A DNA stretch of 64,000 bases from Eledone cirrhosa. Its lineage: Eukaryota. The first letter of the stretch is position 1. The number at the start of each line of letters is the position of its first letter. Below, piece by piece: positions 55,491 to 64,000 of this stretch. Made by a program: the position numbers and the translations under genes. The DNA lies in NCBI GenBank assembly GCA_964016885.1, contig OZ024743.1, forward strand, positions 43,958,001 through 44,022,000, written 5' to 3'. Under the pieces are notes generated by a model, which was not told where the DNA came from, made no database searches, and saw only the letters and a program-made list of their open reading frames with translations.

Positions 55491-56879
55491 TATTTTATAA
55501 AGGTCTAGGGACGTTTGGGCTATTAAGTATAAGACTAATTATCTGTAAATATATTGCCGAGCTCTATTCATGCATTCAATGTTGAGGGTCGGTACCAAAA
55601 TCTGGACACAATGTGTCACGTTAATTCTCAGTCAGAATTACATTAAGACAAAACGCGTATGTCGAATGTTCAGTAACTTACACGCTAGCTTCATGTGTTG
55701 GACGATATGTTGATCAAACCACTAGAATATTCATCATCTCAGTTTAATGGAGTCCCATTTACGCAAAGATGAAACGAATAGTCTGTGTCATCATGGACTC
55801 GGATTTAACGCCTCGCTATATTTATTGTCATGTCACCTGTACAAATGCCGCTGAGCTCAGCTTTTTTTATCGTTTAGGAGACAATAACATATTGTACTAC
55901 TCTCAGGCAGGTTGGTTGGCAAAATTGTTAGGACGTCGGACGTAATCCTTTTCGATATTTGTGTACTGTATATGTGCGTTGTAATTGTTCAAGTTGCGTG
56001 TAGGAATTCAAATTCCGCCGATGCCACGGACTAATTTACTGACCTCTACGCTTGGAAAATGGTTTTCAGACGACCACCAAGACGACGATGATGATGATAA
56101 TAATGATTTGGAGGAGGTGGGCAATGATGATAACTTTGTTGATGTTGTTGATGGTCATGATTATTATTAGCACGATGATGAGGAAAATTACAATAAAGTT
56201 GATGATGGTATTGATGATGATGGTGATGGTAGTGAAGATACTACACCTGTTAATGATAGATGATGATAGTGATGATGATGACGATATTGATCCTTATGAT
56301 GATAGATGACGATGGTGGAGGGGAATCACGTTAAGGATTATATGAGACATATTGGCGATATTATAGGGTTTCAATTTTTTATGGAAGTTTCTCAATACCC
56401 CCCCCCCCCCACAAATATATCCACATTTTTCACAAATGGACAAGTATATCTTAGTAATTAATAACCTACATTTTCTACATGTTATTGTATTATCCAACAT
56501 AATGCTTGTTACCTTCACAAAGTGCAAAATCATTTAGGTGCCCTTTGTACGGCATCTATAAAAAGCACCGCTGATAGAGAGTACACACACCTAAAATAAA
56601 ATGCTTCTTTGTGGTACATGCCTGACGAGTTTTGGCTTCATCAAACTGCATTTAATACACCTGCTCTACGTTCGGAAGAATAACAATAGTGCTTTATAAT
56701 CTATAGTACAATAAAATATATTTACATATTAATCATGTACACAACACATATTATCTATTCCCATAAACGCAGACTACTTATATTTATACATACATATATG
56801 TGTTTGTGAGGGGGGGGGGGGTTGTAATGTTGTATGTATGAATGTAATTATGAGCTTAGGGCAGAAAATGTAAGCGATA

Positions 56880-56922
<43 letters not shown>

Positions 56923-56926
<4 letters not shown>

Positions 56927-57340
56927 TAAGAGCGAAGAAAAAATGGTCGGCTGTGCAAAACAGATTTATTTACAGTATTAACAATTGTTTCATTGATCAG
57001 GTGAGTTTAAAGGCCACTAATCACTCGAAGTTGCGTCACTCGACCTTAGATACAGTGTGTGTCTGATCAAATCATCGGAATACTGGCAGTTTAGACTCAC
57101 CTCATCAATGTAATAATTGTTAAAACTGTAAATAAAACCCTTTTTGTACAGCCGTTCATGTTATTCTTCACTCTTTCACTACTATTACTCCAAGAATGAT
57201 CTGCATGGGAATTATCGCAAACATGCTACCTAACTAAGGAAACCTCTTGTTGAGTCAAACAACGCCGTACGTTAAAACTATCCATAGTACAGAACACTCA
57301 TAACCTCTAACTGGATTACCTAAAACAATAACTTGTTATC
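56923..57340. mobile_element. Fold-back HHR module in (TA)n
   Basis: Diverged inverted arms ~56923-57010 and ~57090-57182, plus a tail. Confidence 0.8.
56973..57085 (-). ncRNA. Type I hammerhead with U4C core and ~80-nt stem II
   Basis: Minus strand reads CAGTATT CCGATGA T TTGATCAG [..] CTGATCAA T GAAA CAATTG TT AATACTG. Confidence 0.78.
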
Positions 57341-57396
57341 CTATATATATATATATAAATGAACGGTAATGTCTTGAGACACCTCCACACACATAC

Positions 57397-57440
<44 letters not shown>

Positions 57441-58265
57441 TAGATAGATATATTTGTGTGTGTGTGCGTATATTTGTGTGTAAGGGGACTGAGAATGCAC
57501 AAAGACAGCGTTAAGCAAGATAGGAGTGTATATGTTTATATACAATAAACATATGAAAACCTCTCTAACAAACAAAAAATATGTTTTCCTTAAGAAGATA
57601 TATCATTAGCAGTCGAGTTTGCCAGACAACGCTCTTTCAGGTTTCGTTAATCTCTCAACAGTGGCATTCACAGAGCTTCTACTAACATGAACATAGACAT
57701 GAAACTATATATATTTCTGCCCTACGGTCATATAGATAGATAATCTATGTGCATGTTATTACTCTTCTATGTCCTGTGCAAAAAAGCAAGCCGACCACCA
57801 GAATCACAGCCCACTTCCGATTTTATATGTATTTAAATCCACAATGTGCAACATTATAAATTGATTTATTTTATTTGTTTTTTCTTCACCTCTGTTAGCA
57901 TTATTATCTATCTAACATAAACTCTAGTATCTTTTCTAAAACAATTCTATCACAATATCTTACAGCTTCACCAACACATATATGTAGCCAGGAGCTCTTT
58001 GTAAATAAATAAGTAATTAATATCGTATGCCAGCGCAACGTACTGTTTAATATTCCACATATGTTTGTGTTAAACATATGTTTTGCCCATGTTTGTGTCA
58101 ATTTCTTCGAATCACTAACTGATAGACTACTCGTGAAATTGACGAGCACGTAGCGAGGTATTTCAAAGCAGGTATACCCCAAACATTTCGTGCCAAGTCT
58201 GACCCTTTGAAATATAGTTCCAAATATTTTTTCCTGTTAAGTGAACTGGAGCTACATGAAATAAT

Positions 58266-58408
58266 TGTTTCCAATTTAGGCACAAGGCCAGCAATTACCC
58301 AGTGCACTACTGGTACTTTATTTTATCGACCCCGTAAGGATGAAAGACAAAGTCAACTTTGGCGGGATTTGAACTCAGATCGTAAAGGGACGTAACTATG
58401 CTGGAACA
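58266..58408 (-). mobile_element. 5'-truncated SINE family 1 with a 19-bp target-site duplication
   Basis: TGGAGCTACATGAAATAAT at 58247-58265 and 58409-58427. Confidence 0.88.
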
Positions 58409-59088
58409 TGGAGCTACATGAAATAATGTGTATTTTTCATAGGCATAGCGCATCGCGGGACTCTCTAACTCCTACAACATCTCCCTTCACATATTTCATA
58501 CATAGAAAACTAGTTGTCCGTGTCTATTAAAGTTAAGTCAATCTTAAATGTTCGTAGTTCAGAGACTATATTTTCTCAACACCAAATAAATTTCTAAGTA
58601 TATTTTTTAATGTGGGAAATAACATATCTTTTTTACTTTAGTCATTCTTGCCACGCTAATCTGCTCGTTTTCACCGGCTTAGATAATCTACTCTTTTCCG
58701 ACCTTGTGTTTTATCCATTTTCCTCCGACGCAACTTTTTCAGACACATATATATTGTTGGCACTGTCCTTATTCTTTTAATGGTTTATCTCAGACGAATA
58801 AATCTGTTCCTGGTGCAAAGATTCCTGTCTCACCACCTGATAGGATCTTATTCAAATATACAATCCATATTGATTCCTCAACACAGTAGAATGCCATTAA
58901 ACAAACGATAAATACTGATTATATGTATATGTGTGGGGGGGTGTATGTATGTATGTATAACTTATATATAGAGATATTATTTACATATATATATAACTTA
59001 TATAGAGAGATATTATATATATATAATCAAATTAAGTTTATTTTAAAAAAAGCCTTCGTGGGCCTTTTTTTTTAAATAAAAAGAAATT

Positions 59089-59160
<72 letters not shown>

Positions 59161-59162
59161 CG

Positions 59163-59193
<31 letters not shown>

Positions 59194-59728
59194 AGACACA
59201 AGCACACAAATAAACATACATATCTTTACTTTCTTTATTTCAATAGAAAATCTGAATTCTGACATCGCAGCGAACTAACCATATTCACTGAACCAGAACA
59301 ATTCTCCCATCCTATTTCTCTTGACCATTATCTGTTGCTTGTCATAAAATTCTCTAAAAAGGTTAAAGAATAGATTTCTAAATAAGTGCGCAAAATTTAA
59401 TGAAAACTTGTTCACGTGACAGCCATAATTTCATTTATAACCAATCAAATTACGTTTATTAAAGAATAGCCTTCGTCAGCCCCCTTTTTTTTTAAGTAAA
59501 AAGAAATTCAAACACTCATATATGAAAAAGACAACGTGTGCCTCCGCCCCTTGTTTGAAGAACTTTCTAACGCCAACTTGCGCGAAATTTATTATAATTA
59601 TTGACCAACCAATCAAATTACTTCTCTAAAAACCTGGCGTTTCGAGCCACTTTTTTCCATATAAAACAAGTAACATTCAAAGACCAACCAGATGTGAGAA
59701 AAACCACAGACCCTCCATCTCAACTCTA

Positions 59729-59765
59729 CTTTTGAAAAGTAGAAGAACTGCGAAACCAGTAAAGG
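59729..59765 (+). ncRNA. Family G minimal hammerhead (U3-A8), second copy
   Basis: CTT TTGAAAA GTAG AAGAA CTGC GAAA CCAG TA AAG. Confidence 0.65.
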
Positions 59766-59889
59766 AACCAAATAATTATATATATATTTTTAAGACTCCA
59801 GTTGCATTTTCGATTTCATCTTTTTTTCTTTATACTTTCACACGTGTAGGACACCTCGGTTATTTTTCATTTTGTAAAAAAAAACTCAC

Positions 59890-59959
<70 letters not shown>

Positions 59960-61599
59960 GCGTATGTGTGCGTATTTGTCAAGTATTACATCTGTTTTAA
60001 GAAATCGATATATATATATATATATAATACGTGTGAGTGTGTGTGAGCGTGAGTGTATGTGTGTGTGTATGTGTGTGTTTGTATGTGTGCGCGTGAAGAC
60101 GTGTGTGGATGTATGCATGTGTGTTGCTGTGTGTGTGTGTGCGTGTGTGCTATTTTCAAAAGAGAATGTTCGGTGATGTTTCCAGTTCAATTTTCAAAGT
60201 AAAAAACCATTCACGTAAGTGTGATTTCATGTAAGTGTGATCAATTCGTGCACTTAAGTGGACTTAATACACATAGTCAATGGCTATATTGATGGCTTGT
60301 GTATTTTCCTTCTTTAGTTTATATCCCATTGCGATCAATTTTGCTTCTCATCCTTTCTGTATACACAACCGAGTGTAAGTAAACTCATATACCTTATAGA
60401 TTCTTGGCGATGGAAAAAATGCACGCTTGCCATGATATTTGCCTAAGTTCTTTAAGTCAATGGATTTCTGAACATCATTGCTTCAACTAGTAACAAAGAC
60501 ATAACCAATCATTAACATGTATACTGCATGAGGTTAAATTCACAGATTGCTTCCTGCGGCTTTATAGGAAATGACGAATATTTGATTTCCAACTGAGTAT
60601 ATACTCCAACATTGACATAACCATTTTGGGTATAGGATACTGAGTGATTTCCAAGGTAGAATAATCAATTTTGTCATGTTTTATATCTTGTATACAAATA
60701 TATCTTGCAAAACATTCATGCAGAGAGTGTCATTGGCCAATATATCCTACTTGAGAAGTGATAGATTCAAGAACATTCAATGATGTTGGAGTAGAATGAA
60801 AACAAAAAGGCAAGTCGAGTGTAACTGCAGTTTCTCTACAGGATTAACCCCTATGTTTTGTATATTATACGAGGAGCCCATACACTTTTGATTGACCTAC
60901 CTTTAGGTCTTAATTTATGCATGAATTACTATTCCGTTGAGGAAAACCCGGCACAGCCGTATGATGTGTTCCTAAAACATAGGAAAAGATCTGCCTGAAT
61001 GATTGGCGGTAGAGTTACAGTAATTGCGTCAAATGATAACATATATACTCAGTCAAGGAACTAAATACTATAAACGTGGCCCATCCAGAAGAATACATTA
61101 TATTTAATGCAACGCAGCATCAATGCAGATAAATAATGAAACTGGTGAGAATACTGAAGGAATCATATGTTAGTTTAAAACAACATAATTAGGGTTTTAT
61201 TGATAGATGTAGGTAGATATATAGAGGGAGGGGAACTGACTAGTGTTTTCGATGCTCAGAGAGAGGGATTGGTCAAGTGTAAGGCCTTTCCCTACTTAAA
61301 AAACTTTCAAAGCGCAGGCATTGCTTGTTCAAGATATGTTACAGGTTCGTATGGCTGGCGTAGCATAAAAGTGCACCAAACTCTATAAACTTACAAGCGA
61401 TTGCAATACTCTTAACAGAGGTTGCACTCATCGTATATATAGGGAGAGAAGGGGGACAGAGGCAGGTATGTTTAGATAGTTAGATCGAAAGATAGATAAA
61501 TAGATAGATAGATAGATAACTTTCTATTTGTTTGCCACCAAGGCATCAAAGATTGGGACAAATACAAGGAGGGCGGGGGGTGGTACATACATTTCAAAG

Positions 61600-63992
61600 G
61601 ACGTGTAAAAACATATAACAAATAAAATTCAACAATCGAAGTCCTCAATAGGGAGGGGACGTTGACGTGGGTCGCACACACCCCCGAAAAAAATGTGCAA
61701 CCCTACTCCTCATCAGGAGCACAAAGAGCGTGTGCTCCCTTCCTATCCTCTTTCTTCTCCTCTCTCACCTATATAAAACTTGCTGGGGTAGAGCACCTCT
61801 CTCTCCATTCTGATCTTTCTTCTAAAATGGTATTTGAAAAAAAGGACCAGTTGTTGACACGGAGGGAAAGGTGCCTGACATCAGCCCTTTCAACCTCGTC
61901 CACCATTCAACCTCTTTAGCCATAGAGGAAAACCGCCTCACCTCTGTTTTGAATAGGGGGGGGGGGCGGTTTGATCGTGATAATGTACTCGGTGGTGAAC
62001 AGGATTGGTCCCACCCGCTACAGTAGTTGTTCCACATAGCCCCACAGGTCAGCAACGTCCGGGCAGTGTACGAATGCGTGCGCGACGGTTGCTTCGTCAC
62101 GCACGCATCTCGGACAGATCTTTTTCGAGGGGTCCCTACCCGGGCGCCCGTGTCTGTAGAACTTGCCCCGAACGGGTAGAGCTCCTCGGTAGCACTGCCA
62201 AGCCATAGACTTTTGGAAATTGTTCATCGGTCCCGGGCCAAACGTCCTACCGAACAGACTGGCTACTTCGTCTTCCTTCATGCCCAGAGATTCTTCGAGA
62301 GCGACGTCGCACTTTCTGCGCACCAACCCTCTATAGAATGTCGAGGTGGAGTCTCCACTGATTGCCGGATCCGCTTGCCAGAGGGCCGTGAGCGCCTCGT
62401 CACATTCAATGTGCCACTCGCCCACTTTTCTCAGTCTTTGCTTGACTCAGGATTGCAGCTCGGTGAGCGAGACGAGTCTCGGAAAGGCTCGGCTCACAAA
62501 AGGGGACCACACCGGTTGACCTGTTAGAAATACCTGGAGGTGCCGTAGCCTTAATGCATGTTTACGCATCGTCAGCCATGGCACCCACAGCCCTCCATTC
62601 GAAGACTGTTGACAGCAGATGGATCTTCTCACCAAAGGGGCCCGCTTCTTCCAAAGGGATTGGAAGAGCGCGCACTCCATTTTGGCGAGCGTTTCGCTGG
62701 GCAAGGCACGACGGTCAAGTGGTAGTAGATGACAGACGCTATATAAGTGTTCGCCACCTCCGCTCGACCTGTTAGGGATAGTTTGCACTCGGCCCACTTC
62801 TAGGCGAGTGCAAACACCCTGCCCGTTACCTCGTCCCAGATTTTCTCCACCTGGAGGTTTGGTCCGAACCAGATCCCGAGCAGCTTCACCGGTCCTCCGT
62901 CCCACGTCCGACGACGCTGTCGGAGGGCATCGGTTTGGCTCTCCATGTTCCGAGTTGCAAACCGACGGACTTGTCCCGGTTCAGCTTGGCTCCTGTAAAC
63001 CTTTCGTATTCCTCCAGTATGTGCCGATCTCCCCGATTTGCGAGACGCTCGACACCATTACTGTCACATCATCGGCGTAGGCCGACAACGCTTTCCCCAA
63101 TCCCGGTTCCAAGGCGATGCTCTGTAACAGCTCCAACTTCCGCAGTAATAGCTCGAGAGCCAGCACATACAGAAGGGAGGACAGAGGGCATCCCTGTCGG
63201 ATGGATCGCGTGATTTGGAACGGCTCCGACAGGTAGCCGTTAACCTTGACCCTCAAACAGGTGTTGCCGCTGTGCATTGCAGCAATACAGCCCCTGAAAA
63301 CGGGTCCGATGCCTGTCGCCGCGAACACCGCATCCAGGTACCGATGGTCGACCCTATCGAACGCCTTAGATTGATCCAAGTTGATCAGGGCCCCACCAAA
63401 GCTGGGTGCATTCCCTACCATATCTACGATGTATGGCATGAGATGGAGGTTGTCGTGTATGGACCTGGACGTGATTGCGCATGTCGGCCCTTCTCCCACC
63501 AGGTTCCTGAGGACAAGCGCCAACCTCTTCCCTAACACCTTGGCCAAAATATTTAACTCTGTATTTAGCAGAGTTATGGGTCTGAAGTTATCTATGTCAT
63601 CCCCCTTGTTCTCATCCTTCCTGACTAGCGTGAATACGCCCTTGGTCACAGAACTGGGAATTCTCCCGTTCTGTTGCCAGTTGCAGTAGACCGCCTCGAG
63701 GAGCTCAAGTCCGGCATCGCTACATAATGTTCGTATGGTAGACCATCGAGACCCGGAGATTTGTGTTTGCCGCATCGGCTCAGCGCTTTCCCTATTTCAG
63801 CGGCTGACAGAGAGATGCATAGATCTCAAAGTCGTCGAAGATGGGGGCCAGTTGGTGCTCGCTGCTGATCCTGGACTCGCAAATAGCTATTACATCCATT
63901 CTGTGCGACCTGAGGTCATTTAAGTGTTTGCCCTGCTTCCAGGATATCCCCAGGCCGCACACATTTAAACATCCAACTCTTATGACAGCCAT
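61600..63992 (-). mobile_element. L1/Tx1-type LINE ORF2 (APE N-terminus, internal deletion, RT, zf-RVT)
   Basis: MAVIRVGCLNVCGL..DVIAICES (APE start), NFRPITLLN, LINLDQSKAFDRVDH, IRQGCPLS.LLY, SAYADD, GGL and CPRC....TVAHAFVHCP. Frameshifted. Confidence 0.93.
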
Positions 63993-64000
63993 GTTGGTGG

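Noticed and set aside
55985-56310. Asp-rich and Met-rich ORFs
   Set aside because: They derive from a degenerate (GAT)n tract.

Overview
This is AT-rich eukaryotic (animal) DNA with no host gene I can recognise. The abundant tRNA-type SINE (GAGTTCAAATCCCGCCGAGGTTAACTTTGCCTTTCATCC...AAGTACCAGT) and the extreme (TA)n/(CA)n load resemble an Octopus genome, which is an inference from memory and was not searched. Most predicted ORFs are microsatellite artefacts. The real coding remnants are all transposon-derived: two CR1-group LINEs, two L1/Tx1 pieces, RTE-like pieces, a Helitron RepHel relic, an R4/Dong-like RLE retrotransposon bounded by (TACA)n, and three Penelope-like (RT + GIY-YIG) fragments. 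The main unannotated signal is a dense set of type I hammerhead ribozyme (HHR) motifs read by eye, about 25 complete or near-complete copies from more than 10 unrelated sequence families. Almost all lie in short non-coding modules inserted in (TA)n tracts as fold-back (5'-inverted) or tandem structures. The clearest case is a very young array of ~9.4 copies of a 310-nt HHR unit with an internal strand inversion (2521-5431), consistent with a retrozyme-like circular RNA copied by rolling-circle reverse transcription. Several families carry non-canonical catalytic cores (U3-A8 covariation, U4A, U4C, G3) or 63-95 nt stem II domains. No folding, homology search or activity test was run.
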